A stretch of 64,000 nt of DNA from Octopus vulgaris (Eukaryota): positions 163,370,001 to 163,434,000 of the forward strand of contig OX597817.1 in NCBI GenBank assembly GCA_951406725.2. Direction: 5' to 3'. Of this stretch, positions 28,646 through 41,728 are shown piece after piece (positions within the stretch are counted from its first letter, which is position 1; the number at the start of each line of letters is the position of its first letter). Under the pieces are notes generated by a model. It searched no databases, was not told the DNA's origin, and was given only the letters and a program-made list of their open reading frames with translations. The position numbers and the translations under genes are program-made.

Positions 28646-29415
28646 AAACACAGAACGAAACAAGGAGAGAAAATAAAGAATGTATAGTAGTTAGTGATCT
28701 ATCATAGGCGTCTGCAAAGTTGTGAGCTAAATTGTACTAAAAACCAATGGTTAACCTGAGGTAAGTTATGGCAGAAAACTATTAAATCGAACCTTGAACT
28801 ACGTAGTTAAAAACGAACTTCTGAACCACACAATCACGCCTGTGTCATATGACTAAATCATTCAAATAACTTTAGCTCATGTCAAATACAAAGTCTAGCA
28901 AGGTTACATTTTATATGTCTATGTGAATAACACCAAATCCCACTTATCTTGTTTAATAATCTAAATATTTTTCTGTTTGAAAAACAGTACAGATTTTAAA
29001 GACATAAAAATCTTGATATTTAAAGCAGCTCCATTGTTACAAAATTATCTGACTTAGAACAGGCATAGTGATCTCATTGTTGTTATTTATCAAGATTTCC
29101 TAGATTTCTACTTTTATTTCATTTTTTAATCTCCAACGGTTTGTTTTTACAAAGTTCAAAGAGACTTGTTTTAAACATAGACGGAACAATATTTTTATAC
29201 ACATAATGCCTTCTGTGTACTTTTATTACCCCTGGTGAAATATCTCATTAGTTACTTTAATTGTCATTATTGCAGACATCAAACAGTTAGAGGACACACA
29301 TACACACATAAAACGAGGGAGGCTAATATGCGATCACTCTAACTGACATATTTAGCAACAAAATCTCACTGAAAATAATAACCACTATCTTAAAGAATAC
29401 ACTGAAGGATGTGGT

Positions 29416-29418
<3 letters not shown>

Positions 29419-29489
<71 letters not shown>

Positions 29490-29533
29490 TATATATATAT
29501 ATATACATACATACATACATATAATATATATAT

Positions 29534-29564
<31 letters not shown>

Positions 29565-29746
29565 CATACATACATACATATATATATATATATACATATA
29601 TATACATAACATACATACATACATATATATATACATATATATACATACATACATACATATATATATATACATACATATATATATATATACATACATATAT
29701 ATATATATATATACATACATACATACATATATATATATATACATAT

Positions 29747-29777
<31 letters not shown>

Positions 29778-29778
29778 C

Positions 29779-29811
<33 letters not shown>

Positions 29812-29864
29812 CATACATACATACATATATATATATATATACATACATACATACATATATATAT

Positions 29865-29925
<61 letters not shown>

Positions 29926-30065
29926 CATACATATATATATATATATACATACATACATACATATGTATATATATACATATATATATACATACATACATAT
30001 ATATATACATACATACATATATATATGTATGTATGTATATATGTATGTATGTATGTATATGTATA
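29419..30065. repeat. Compound (TA)n/(TACA)n microsatellite
   Basis: Direct reading. Confidence 0.95.
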
Positions 30066-30872
30066 GTATGAATGGATAGGGATGTGAAATCTGGACAGGT
30101 ACTTTACAAGTACTCTAATATAATCCAGGTTCTGGTTAATCACATTGGATGATATGGAAGGACAGGAATTTGTTTAAGGTAAACGATCACGTGATATTTC
30201 ACCCGATGGATGTTTGCTTCTTTGGAGTTCAGGCAGTATACAGAGTTAATATTTAACACTTTAAAATGAGGTCATATTAACATGTGTGTGTGTGTGTGTG
30301 TGTTTGTGTGTGCATGCGTACTTGTACATGTACGTATGCATTTGTGTGTGTATGTATATATTTTGTGTAGGTGCGTACGTGTGTGTGTACATGTATGTAT
30401 TTGTATGTATGTGTGTCTGCGTATGTGCAAATAGTAAAAGTGTATTTGAAAGAGCGACACGTTACCAAAAGTTATGTGCTTAGTATACAGCTCAATATTC
30501 TTTCCTACAGCCCACGTTGTTTGAAAAGAAACATCATAGCGCTAAACAGACTAGCATAAATAGTTTACGCTACATTATATTAGTAAGAAGAACCGCAAAA
30601 AACACAATTGGTATCTTTAAGTATTATATAACATTCACACGTTTCCTTAAGCCGTGTGGTGTTGTTGCAAAAAGTATTGACTCAATTCCTCGGTATTTGT
30701 AACGAAAAATACAATATGATAATTCTTGTGTGTCCTTATATACACCAGTCATATAAGTTAGTATAGCCGAATGGAGGGCGATAGAAAACGAGATAAGAAG
30801 AATAAAGAGCAAAATTAGGGGCCAGTGATGAACATGTACACAAGCGGATCGAGTTCCAGAAAAGCACATATG

Positions 30873-30906
<34 letters not shown>

Positions 30907-31393
30907 CTTTAAAATATCAATTTATTTTAATACAAACACACACGCACACACACACACATACACACCTTCTTTTGCCAGAAAGCAAGACATGATTTTTTTT
31001 TTTCAATGCCTTTGAAACGGACGGTAAGGACGAAGCTATCCTCACACCTACGATCTCCTAGACCGATTGTTTGCAATAGAGTGGACGCCAGCAAAAGGCA
31101 CCCAAGGGCGAGGTAGTGGTATTAAACCGAGGGACGGATTACATTTATCACATCTTTAAGTCACAGCGGGATTTGAACACAGAATGCAAAGAGCCGCAGC
31201 AGAAACACAACGTCCTCCATACGATTATCTAATGATCTCGCCAATCCACTGCCTTAGGCTAGTCCTTTACTTGTCGTACCCAGAAGGAGAAACGCGAAAG
31301 TTTATATCTAGAGGTTACTGAATCAGAATACAAGAAGCTTTAATAAATACAAGAGATTTTGTGCGACGCTCTAACGCTTTTGTCTATATTCCT

Positions 31394-31933
31394 TCCTTCC
31401 TTCTCGAGCCATGCCTGGCTCATAAGGCCCGTTTCCCCGTTTTCTTTGGCGTATAAGTTCCCCGCTTGGACGGGACACCGGTCCGTCGCAGTTGGGCTGC
31501 AAGATGCAGGAGGAAAGAGTGAGAGAAAGTTGTGGCGAAAGAGTCAGCAGAAGTTCGCCATTACCTTCTGCCGGAGCCGCGCGGAGGTTAGGTGTTTCGC
31601 TCATAAACACACACATCGCCCGGTCTGAGATTCGAACCCGCGATCCCTCAACCGCTAGTCCGCTGCTCTAACCCCTAGGCCATGTACCTCCACACTGCGC
31701 CCTTTTAAAGCCTAGCCAGCCATGGCTCGGTTTCAGTGATGTATGCGTTCCCCTGCTGGACGGGACGCCAGTCCATCGCAGCGTTACTCATTTTTGCCAG
31801 CTGAGTGGACTAGAGCAACGTGAAATGAAGTGTTTTGCTCAAGAACACAAAGCATCACCCGGTCCAGGAATCAAAACCACAATCTTACGATCATGATGCT
31901 GACACCCTAACCACTAAGACACGCGCCTCCACT
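31394..31933 (-). mobile_element. Two adjacent tRNA-derived SINEs (family C and a relative)
   Basis: Heads at about 31693 and 31933; shared tail modules with 37315-37796. Confidence 0.8.
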
Positions 31934-32122
31934 TTTTTGTTTATATGCATACATATTTTTTCAAGATGATCATGGGTAGGATAGCTTTGATCATAGGTCT
32001 GCTAGGCTAGGGCTGACCTTAAGATAAACAACATTAAGGCTGTAATTTATATAATATTTGTGCATGTCTTGTCAATATTGAACTACTTGGTTACTGGTGC
32101 AATACATACATGTATGCATACA

Positions 32123-32153
<31 letters not shown>

Positions 32154-32293
32154 TTATGCACACACATACATATATTCCCAACGAGATGAAATCAGTGAGT
32201 CACTGGGAGAAGCTGCTTTTCAATTCTGTCAATATAAATCTATACTCTACACATATATTAAATTCTTCTTCCTGAGATGGTCATACCTAGCAT

Positions 32294-32330
<37 letters not shown>

Positions 32331-32332
32331 AA

Positions 32333-32560
32333 CGAGGTGATGCTGAAAAGTTCCTAACTTTAAGAGTATCGCGAAAGGTCTGGTTGGCGGCCCAACCTTC
32401 CGAGTTCTTTCACAGCTCTTAGAAAAACTGAAATATCACTGCAATAAGTGTGTGGATCTGAGAGAGGAATATGTTGAATATGTTGAATAAAACCATAATT
32501 AACAAATCACCCTATATTTTCTGTTACCCAAAGCCAGGAACTTTTCAGCAACCCCCCTCG
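32333..32560 (+). mobile_element. Mariner-derived MITE
   Basis: Imperfect TIRs cgagg..tgctgaaaagttcct / aggaacttttcagca..cctcg; interior keeps a mariner transposase C-terminus (CNKCVDLRE/GEYVE*). Second copy at 47253-47469. Confidence 0.75.
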
Positions 32561-33016
32561 TGTGTCATCATAAATGATGAATACGCCATCTAAGAAATGG
32601 AGAAAGCGTACGTTTGAACCAAAATAGCTTGACCTATGTATTCAGCAATCATTCAACAGATACTCTCCCATTTCTCTTGACATCAGTAATGCAATGAAAT
32701 AACGATTAACCCTCTTCGAAACCTATAACGAACGACGCTGTTATTTACAGAAAACATGACATGAATAAATAAGAGAGACCTCACACAACACTCACAGTGA
32801 AGCGAATTGCGAACAATATATCAGGAAGAACATAGGTGTTTCTATGTCTACGACATTTGAATATCAATTAGTGTGACTCTTTAACATAATGCGAAATAAG
32901 CCTGTACGGCTCGAATGTAAAGAAAACATTGAAATTAAATCAAGTCTGTTGAATCTAATTTAAAAGTGACTAAATTACTATTTACTTATCAATAGTTTAT
33001 CAATGTTGCTGACTGT

Positions 33017-33020
<4 letters not shown>

Positions 33021-33059
<39 letters not shown>

Positions 33060-33502
33060 CAAACATACATATCTTTATAAACATACATACATACATACAT
33101 ACATATCTTTATATACATACATACATGCATACATATATATATATATATATCTTTATATACATACATATATATGTATATCTTTATATACATACATACATAT
33201 ATATGTATATCTTTATATATATACATATATATGTATATCTTTATATATGTATATATGTATATCTTTATATACATACATACATATATATGTATATCTTTAT
33301 ATACATACATACATATATATATCTTTATATACATACATACATATATATATATATCTTTATATACATACATATATATATATATATCTTTATATACATATAT
33401 ATATATCTTTATATACATATATATATATCTTTATATACATACATATATATATATATATCTTTATATACATATATATATATCTTTATATACATATATATAT
33501 AT

Positions 33503-33566
<64 letters not shown>

Positions 33567-33570
33567 ATAT
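33021..33570. repeat. Minisatellite of tatctttatatacat(ac/at)n units grading into (TA)n
   Basis: More than a dozen units anchored on atctttata. Confidence 0.9.
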
Positions 33571-33730
33571 AAAATTAATCAAAGGACATACTAAGTATGT
33601 CTACCTGCTTGAAATAACAGTTAAAACTCTTATTAAATCGCCAAAATATACTCTGATGAAAACTACAGAAATCAAACAAAGGCAAAATCAGGTTAAGACA
33701 ATCTACTAACATACATTTAAGTATCTGGAC

Positions 33731-33787
33731 TCACGTGGACCGGTTTCTGCATTGGTAAAATAAAACCTTAGCTTCTTCAGCATGTGA
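33731..33787 (-). ncRNA. Hammerhead motif
   Basis: ucacaug-CUGAAGA-a-gc...gc-a-GAAA-C-CG-GUC-cacguga; lies between (TA)n tracts. Confidence 0.6.
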
Positions 33788-33951
33788 TACCATGATTAGA
33801 GACTCCCAACCTATCGCTTCGAAGTCTGTACTGCAACTGGTTCGTTTCGCGCCGAAATCATAACAGCCACCAGTGTAAAATAATCTCGATACAATTTACG
33901 AGAAAAATTATTCACCAAAAATAATTTGATACCTTCGTAAATTAATTTTTG

Positions 33952-34033
<82 letters not shown>

Positions 34034-34339
34034 ATAGAAATTAAATATAAAATATAAATTACAAAGTGGGACAAGAACGCAAAAACACACAGAGACGACA
34101 CAAAAAGACAGACGGGTCACTCGAAGCCTCTAATCTTCAGTCGGAACTGGATCATCTTAGCAATTTCGGCTGTTTAATTTCGATATCACTCCGAACCGGC
34201 CAGCCCCAAGGAAAAACTAAGCCACAGGCATTAGATTTCTTGGAAAGAGGATCGAATGTATACGAAACAAAGACAGGATGCCACACGAATATAAATACAA
34301 GAAACAAAAAATAGAAATGAAAAACAAGAATGGTAAGCA

Positions 34340-34384
<45 letters not shown>

Positions 34385-35272
34385 CATACATACGTACATG
34401 CATACATACGTACGTACAACACTTGCATTTTCATATTTATTGAGGTTATAAGAATGGCTGTGTGGTTGATAAGTGAGCACTTTGCAATCACGTGGTCCCG
34501 AACGCGAACCTGAACGCGGTTTCTTAAGCTAGTGTCTTCCATCAAACCTTCAGATGTCCCAGTGTCTTATGAGTTGAATTTCAGAGAAGGAAACTGCGTA
34601 AAGAACATCGTGTGCGCGCGCACACACACACACAAACACACATATGCGCGTGTCTGAAACTGGTTTGTTCATTTGTGTCTCTTTATGTCTAATATCTATA
34701 ACGTAACGTATCCAAAAGCAGAGAGCGATAAAATACTGTATGCACCAGACTAAAATAACTACTGGGGAACGATATGATCGCCGAAAAACCTTTAAATGTG
34801 TGCTCCAGCATGGCCACCGTCCAAACCAGTAAATCAGTGAAAGAAAATTTATAGTTCGTCGAAAATTCTTGTTTTGTGAGAAACAGTAAGTTCAGACATG
34901 TCAGGTTACTGTTAAGGTTAAACGAAATAACTAACGAATCTTAAAATAAAATTTTTTTTACCTCTTTTGTTAAGTCTTCATATTTTTCAGACAAAGATGC
35001 AAGTACGCATGGCTGTGTGGTTAAAAAGTTCTCTTCGCAACCACATGGTTTCAGGTTCAGTCTCACTGCACAGTGACTTGGACAAGTATATTCTACTATA
35101 GCCCTGGGTTACCCAAACTTTTTTTGATGAATTTGTTAGCCCATCGCACATTAACATATGTATATGAGTGTGGCTCTGTGCTTGTGCTTATACCTAGACT
35201 GCTTCACAGCTGGTATTTGTTTACATCCCTGATCACAGTTATACATATTCGGATTATATATATATATATATA

Positions 35273-36901
35273 CAGTTGCGGCCAAAATGTTCAGAACGGC
35301 ATTGTTTTCGTCAGAAAAGTAGGTATAAGTTTTTATCACAGTTGTTTTATATTCTATAATTTTCACAGACAATAAATACAATATTATTTGTTATTGCCTG
35401 AGATTTTGGTGTAATTTGAGAGGATAATACAAAAGTTATGGATGATTTAGTGATTTACTGCAAAACCCATGGCGGCCAAAATGATCAGAACGGTTGCTTT
35501 TACTCCGTGTTTTAGTATATTTAACCGGCGAACTCTAATGTTTTGAATTTGTTTACGTGACGGTTCGTTTACTAAACATTAGTAAGAATATTTGCAGTGT
35601 ACTTTGTTAATATAATGCCACTTACTCCGTTACCAATTCGTCAGCAGATTATTAAGCTTCGAAGGAAGGATAATTTAAGTATTGGATCTATTGCAAAGAT
35701 TGTTAACAAGTCAAAAAGTGTTGTACACGGTATTCTTAAGGTCTACGATGATTGTGGTTCGTGTGAAGCAAGAAAGTTTACAGGTAGGCCAAGAAAAACG
35801 ACCAAGAGAGAAGATCGTGCTATGGTAAAGTTGGTTAAAAAGGACAGATTTAAAACTGCTGCTGCTGTTTCTCGGAAAATGAGCATTGTATTGAAGAAAA
35901 CTTTATCTCGAAAAACTGTGTCTCGTCGTTTAGTTGAACATGACCTACAGGCAAGAGCACCTGCAGTGAAGCCACTGATCAGCTCCAAGAATAAAAAGTG
36001 TCGTCTTACCTTTGCAACCGAACATGTGTTGTGGTCTCAAGAAAAATGGCAAACGGTGCATTTCAGTGATGAATCTAAGTTTATGCTAATTGGCTCAGAT
36101 GGGAAAAGATACGTTCGTAGAAAAGTAGGTGAAAAATTGTCACTTAAATGCCTTAAAGACTAGTGTTAAATTCGGTGGAGGAAGTGTCATGGTTTGGGGA
36201 ATGATATCTGGAGATGGTGTGGGCCCTTTGGTGCGATTACATGGAAAGTTAAATGCAGGAGTTTATAAACAACTTGTAAAGATCATGTCTTGCCTGTGCT
36301 GAGAAATTCAACTAAGCGACCACCCATATTCATGCAGGACAATGCCCCATGTCACAAGGCTAAGGTGGTCATGAACTTCCTCAAGGCTGAAAAGGTTATT
36401 GTTATGGATTGGCCAGCTCAAAGCCCAGATCTCAATCCTATTGAAAATGTGTGGAATATTCTAGGAGAACGTTCGAAAGCCAGAAATCCTAAAACAACTG
36501 AGCAATTATGGAATGCCCTTCAGGAAGAATGGAATAAGATCACCCAGCAAGAAATTGAAAATTTAATTTCCTCATGCAGTCGAAGATGTCAGAGTGTGAT
36601 TGAAGCTAAAGGGCTTCACACTAAATATTAAATAATTCCAGTATTCTCTGTCATTTTTGATTATTTTGTTATTTTTTCAACCGTTCTGATCATTTTGGCC
36701 GCCATGGGTTTTGCAGTAAATCACTAAATCATCCATAACTTTTGTATTATCCTCTCAAATTACACCAAAATCTCAGACAATAACAATTAATATTGTATTT
36801 ATTGTCTGTGAAAATTATAGAATATAAAACAACTTTGATAAAAACTTATATCTACTTTTCTGACGAAAACAATGCCGTTCTGAACATTTTGGCCGCAACT
36901 G
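35273..36901 (+). mobile_element. Full-length Tc1-family (DD34E) DNA transposon with IR/DR-type 224-bp TIRs
   Basis: TIRs 35273-35496 and 36678-36901 start CAGTTG and differ at about 4 positions by eye. Each carries the direct repeat gcggccaaaatg(t/a)tcagaacgg at both ends. Inserted in a (TA)n tract inside a USP intron. Confidence 0.96.
35615..36631 (+). pseudogene. Tc1 transposase (about 338 aa) with two compensating frameshifts
   Basis: Paired-like HTH, GRPRK, FSDES, FMQDNAPCH-34-SPDLNPIE. A +1 shift near 36156 and a -1 shift near 36280 restore CLKTSVKFGGGSVMVWG...LVKDHVLP. Confidence 0.92.
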
Positions 36902-37083
36902 TATATATATATATATATATACTCCGAATAAGTAGAGCCGCGCTGTTGGATTGAACCTGAAACCAAGTGGTTACAAAATGAGCTTCTTAACTACATAGCC
37001 ATTCCTGTGTCAAGTATACTATGAAATAAAATTTCATTTATTCTGACCTGTTTAGGAAGAAGGGTGGAATTTTTGTTACTTAC

Positions 37084-37164
37084 TTGCATCGGTAAGGTCG
37101 TACCATTCAGGGCAGTAGACTAATACAACCTTGTCGGTGTCTTTCCACATTGTGTTAGCATACC
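37084..37164 (-). CDS. USP gene, internal coding exon (81 nt)
   Basis: Acceptor tttcttcacacAG, donor A|gtaagt. Encodes (W)YANTMWKDTDKVVLVYCPEWYDLTDA(S), matching the USP 'WY...D.V.LVH' segment; phase 1/1; A|GT forms Ser with the next exon. Confidence 0.88.
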
Positions 37165-37314
37165 CTGTGTGAAGAAACAAAAATAGACACGGTTAGTTTC
37201 GTACATGTGATGATATAAAATACAACATATTGTTGGAGATAAAACAACGTTGATATAGCATATGAGACAATATAAAGCATTGAATTGGTATAGCATAAAA
37301 AAAAGATAAATAAA

Positions 37315-37796
37315 TGCGCCCTTTTTAAAGCCTAACCAGGCTCATGGGCCCGGTTTCCCAGTTTCTATGGCGTATGTGTACCCAGCTGGACAGGACGCCA
37401 GTCCATCGCTGCGTTACTCATTTTTACCAGCTGAGTGGACTGGAGCAACGTGAAATGAAATGTTTTGCTCAAGAACACAACGCGTCGCCCGGTCCAGGAA
37501 TCGAAACCACAACCTTACGATCATGATGCTGACACCCTAACCACTAAGCCATGCGCCTCCACAAATGTTCCTTCTCGAGCCATGCCATTCCCGGTTTCAG
37601 TGGCGTAGAAATTCCCCACCTGGACGGGACGCCGGTTCGTCGCAGGATTACTCATTTTCGCCAGCTGAGTGGACTGGAGCAACGTGAAATGAAGTGTTTT
37701 GCTCAAGAGCACAACGCATCACCCGGTCTAGGAATCGAAACCACAACTTTACGATCATGGGTTCAACACCTTAACCAATAAGCCACGCGCATCCAC
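37315..37796 (-). mobile_element. Tandem pair of family C SINEs
   Basis: Heads at 37562 and 37796; the pair is flanked by the direct repeat ggtatagca. Confidence 0.8.
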
Positions 37797-38122
37797 GGTA
37801 TAGCACAGGGAACTATTTAAAATATTGCTTCAGTATAGAATAGAGGAAGGCGACAAACTGGCAGAATCGTTAGCACGGCGTTAAAAATTCGTTGTGACGT
37901 TTCTTCCGACTATTTTCTTCTGAATTCAAATCCCAACGAGGACAACTTAGCCTTTCGTCCTTTCAGGATCGATAAAATAAAGTAACAACCAAGCCTCAAA
38001 GTTGCCGACCATGGGCCCTGTAGCGGACCGGCATTCAGTTCAGGGTGAATGTTGTAGTCACAATCTCTTATTCAACATGGAAGCCGGGTAACCAGCCCTA
38101 TGAGTCGTATGGCCCGAAGGGT

Positions 38123-38428
38123 GAAGGCGCGTGGTTTAGTGGTTAGAATATTCGATTCGTGAGTTCGATTCTCGGCGGTGCGTTGTGTTCTTGAGCAAGA
38201 CACTTTATTTCTCGTTGCTTCAGTTCACTCAGCTGGCAAAATGGGTTGTACTAGTATTTCAAAGGGCCAGCCTTGTCATATTGTGTGTCACGCTGAATCT
38301 CCTTGAAAACTACGTCAAGGGCAAACGTCTCTCTAGGGTGCACAACCATTTGCACGTTGATTTTACGAGGAGGTTGTTCCGTTGATCGGATCAACTGAAC
38401 CTCACCTCGCCGTAACTGACAGAGTGTC
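38123..38428 (+). mobile_element. tRNA-derived SINE (C-type head, D-type tail)
   Basis: Head gtgaaggcgcgtggtttagtggttag; tail matches 41550-41728. Confidence 0.7.
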
Positions 38429-38671
38429 AGCTAATAGTGCTTAAGGGTAAAGTAGCACAGAAGGCTTTTACAAAACAACAGCTTAGCTTCGGAGTGGTGC
38501 TATAGAATGTATGACAGTGTCAAAGGTTAATTAAAAGAATACGCTGTTTTTAAAGAATGATTTGAAAAATTTGGTTAATGTCTTACAGTAATTGATTCTT
38601 TTACTCTCCCTGCATTCTTTGTTCAAAGTATGAAGAATGTTTAAATTTTACGAAATACTATATAGGTAGAT

Positions 38672-39057
38672 AAGGCGGCGAGCTGGCAGAAACGTTAGCA
38701 CACCGGGCGAAATGCGTAGCCGTATTTCGTCTGTCGTTACGTACTGAGTTCAAATTCCGCCGAGGTCGACTTTGCCTTTCATCCTTTCGGGGTCGATTAA
38801 ATAAGTACCAGTTACGCACTGGGGTCGATACAATCGACTTAATCCGTTTGTCTGTCCTTGTTTGTCCTCTCTGTGTTTAGCCCCTTGTGGGTAGTAAAGA
38901 AATAGGTATTTCTTCGGTTTTACGTCCTGTGTTCAAATTCCACCTTGGTCGACTTTGCCTCTCATCAATCCGGGATCGATACAATAAAGTACCAGTCAAA
39001 TACTCAGTTCGATTTAATCGACTAACCATCCTCAGTTCAAATTGCTGATCTTGCACC
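38672..39057 (+). mobile_element. SINE family B: young copy fused to an old headless copy
   Basis: Junction aaagaaatag|gtatttc at about 38905; downstream unit much more diverged. Confidence 0.85.
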
Positions 39058-40259
39058 TACCCCTTTTAGCAGGACCTCTAGACAAGTGTGAGAAAAGTAT
39101 CCTCAAATAGAGACCTAACTCGAATGCTTGCAACAAAGTTGACTCCGTTAGAGGTATCTTAAGTTGGCCAGAGTAGTATTTGAACTCAGAACTAAATGGG
39201 CACCAGAACTAACAGGTACTGCAAGGCATCTTTTCTGGAACCGTTGCAACAATCTACTGTCCTAGATTATTGGTACTTTATTTATCGACCTCGGAAAATA
39301 AAAGCAATGTCTACTCTGACTGGGTTTGAACTCAGATGCATGTTGCTAGATGCATTTCACCCGATGCACCAACGACTTTGCCAATTCACTGCTTCAGTCT
39401 GTTAGAACTTAGAACCTTAATACTGTCGAATATGGAGAGGGTGCTGAATCGTAAAGTGCAGACTAAATTCTCTGTAGTATTTAATTACGTCCCTCTATGT
39501 TCTAAGTTCAAATATCACCGGAGTGACTTCGAACTCGATTCCTCTAGTGCCGACATGTTATGCAGAAGATCGATTTCTTTCATTATACATACACCTTCTT
39601 TTTAAAAGACTATCTCGATCATAAACTTAAAACAAATTCTAGCGAATGACGATTAATGTTGAAGCCTGTCTTGATTTGAAATCTCAATTTGTGAAAGAAG
39701 AAGAATTTCCTAGAAGATATTGGAGATATAAATCGAATTTTTTTTTTTACGCTGAAGACAAGAGAAACTGTTTTCTTGCATTCATGAATATTTTAACTTA
39801 TCAGTTCAATCTGAACATTTGTGAGTTCATCTTTGATTTAAAAATGTATCTAGTGACGTGGTAATTTCCTGTGGCTTTAGTATATATAATGAGGAAACGA
39901 AAGTATACGGAATGCTAATAGGAAAAATATAAATTTATCAGTAATTACGAACGTAGAGATGATCATTACAGTTTTTTGAAGTTTAAGACAAATTTAAGTT
40001 GGTAATTTCTGGACGTATTCAGTGGAAAAGCTAATTGAAACTGTCAGCGAACATAAATCGACAAACATTTTATCGAACACATTTCTCCGATCATAATTCA
40101 TTGAAATTACCAATGTCTGCTTTCGTTGAAAACCTATTTCATAGAATGTTTAAATGCATTGAAAAATAAATTCTTTCAGCATATTTGCATTTGCCATATA
40201 TGTCTCTCCTCCTCCTCCCGTTTCTCTCTCTCTCTCTTCATATATATATATATATATAT

Positions 40260-40655
40260 GGCCGTGTGGTAAGTAGCTTGTCTACCAACCACATGGTTCC
40301 GGGTCCATTCCCACTGCGTGGCACCTTCGGCAAGTGTCTTCTATAATAGCTTCGGGACAACCAAAGCCTCGTCAGTGGATTTGGTAAACGGAAACTGAAA
40401 AGAAGCCCGTCGTATATATGTATATGTATATATATATGTGTGTGTGTTTGTGTATCTGTGTTTGTCCTCCCAACATCGCCTGACAACCGATGCTGGTGTG
40501 TTTACGTCCCCGTAACTTAGTGGTTCGGCAAAAAGACCGATAGAATAAGTACTAGGCTTACAAAGAATAAATCCTGGGGTCGATTTGCTCGACTAAAGGC
40601 GATGCTCCAGCATGGCCGCAGTCAAATCACTGAAACCAGTAAAAAGAGTAAGCAA
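40260..40655 (+). mobile_element. SINE family A
   Basis: Collinear with 19660-20076. Confidence 0.85.
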
Positions 40656-40684
40656 AAGATATATATATGTAATTTATATGTGTG

Positions 40685-40902
40685 AAGGCGGCGAGCTGGT
40701 AGAAACGTTAGCACGCCGGGCGAAATTCGTCTGTCGTTACGTTCCGAGTTCAAATTCCGCCGAGGTCGACTTTGCCTTTCATCCTTTCGGGGTCGATAAA
40801 TTAAGTACCAGTTACGCACTGGGGTCGATGTAGTCGACTTAATCCGTTTGTCTGTCCTTGTTTGTCACCTCTGTTTTAAGCCCCTTGTGGGTAGTAAAGA
40901 AA
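40685..40902 (+). mobile_element. SINE family B monomer
   Basis: Flanked by a 24-bp direct repeat atatatatgtaatttatatgtgtg. Confidence 0.85.
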
Positions 40903-41346
40903 TATATATGTAATTTATATGTGTGAAGATGCTACTAATACTGGTTTCAAATTTTGGCTCAAGGCCAGCAATTTTGGGGGGATGGGTAAGTCGATTATAT
41001 CTATCCCAGTGCTTGATGAACTCAGAGCGTAAAAACCCGGAGAATGCCGTTAAGCATGTAGTCCCACGCTATAATGATTCTGCCAACTCATCTCTTGAGC
41101 GTTGATAAAATTAGTTATTTCTGGGTTCCTACTATTATTGATGCTGCTTCTATTGACTCTATATCGTTCACATTCTGTCCCGCTTTTCAGCTCATTTACT
41201 ATCCTCTATGGCAGTCTTGATTGATTTCCTTCCTGCACTTACAACGGGTTTGGTCTTTGTGGGTAATGAAGTCTTGCATGTCCATGCTGACCACCACTCA
41301 ATCACGTATTGTTTCGTATTACATCTGTGCTTATCACCTTCCCAGT

Positions 41347-41728
41347 GGGGGCGCAATGGCCCAGTGGTTAGGGCAGCGGACTCGCGGTCATAGGATCGCG
41401 GTTTCGATTCCCAGACCGGACGTTGTGAGTGTTTATTGAGCGAAAACACCTAAAGCTCCGCGAGGCTCCGGCAGGGGATGGTGGTGATCCCTGCTGTACT
41501 CTTTCACCACAACTTTCTGTCACTCTTGACTTCCTGTTTCTGTTGTACCTGTATTTCAAAGGGCCGGCCTTGTCACTCTCTGTGTCACGCTGAATATCCC
41601 CGAGAACTGCGTTAAGGATACACGTGTCTGTGGAGTGCTCAGCCACTTACACGTTAATTTCACGAGCAGGCTGTTCCGTTGATCGGATCAACCGGAACCC
41701 TCGTCGTCGTAACCGGCGGAGTGCTTCC
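41347..41728 (+). mobile_element. tRNA-derived SINE family D
   Basis: Head ggcgcaatggcccagtggttagggcagcggactcgcgg; near-identical to 46128-46511. Confidence 0.85.

Noticed and set aside
33653-33680. CUGAUGA on + strand
   Set aside because: No GAAA/stem III/NUH arrangement with matching stem I; the supported motif nearby is on the - strand.
41347-41420. tRNA genes at SINE heads (also 46128, 58703, 3250-3323)
   Set aside because: A/B-box-like heads run straight into SINE bodies and do not close a proper acceptor stem.
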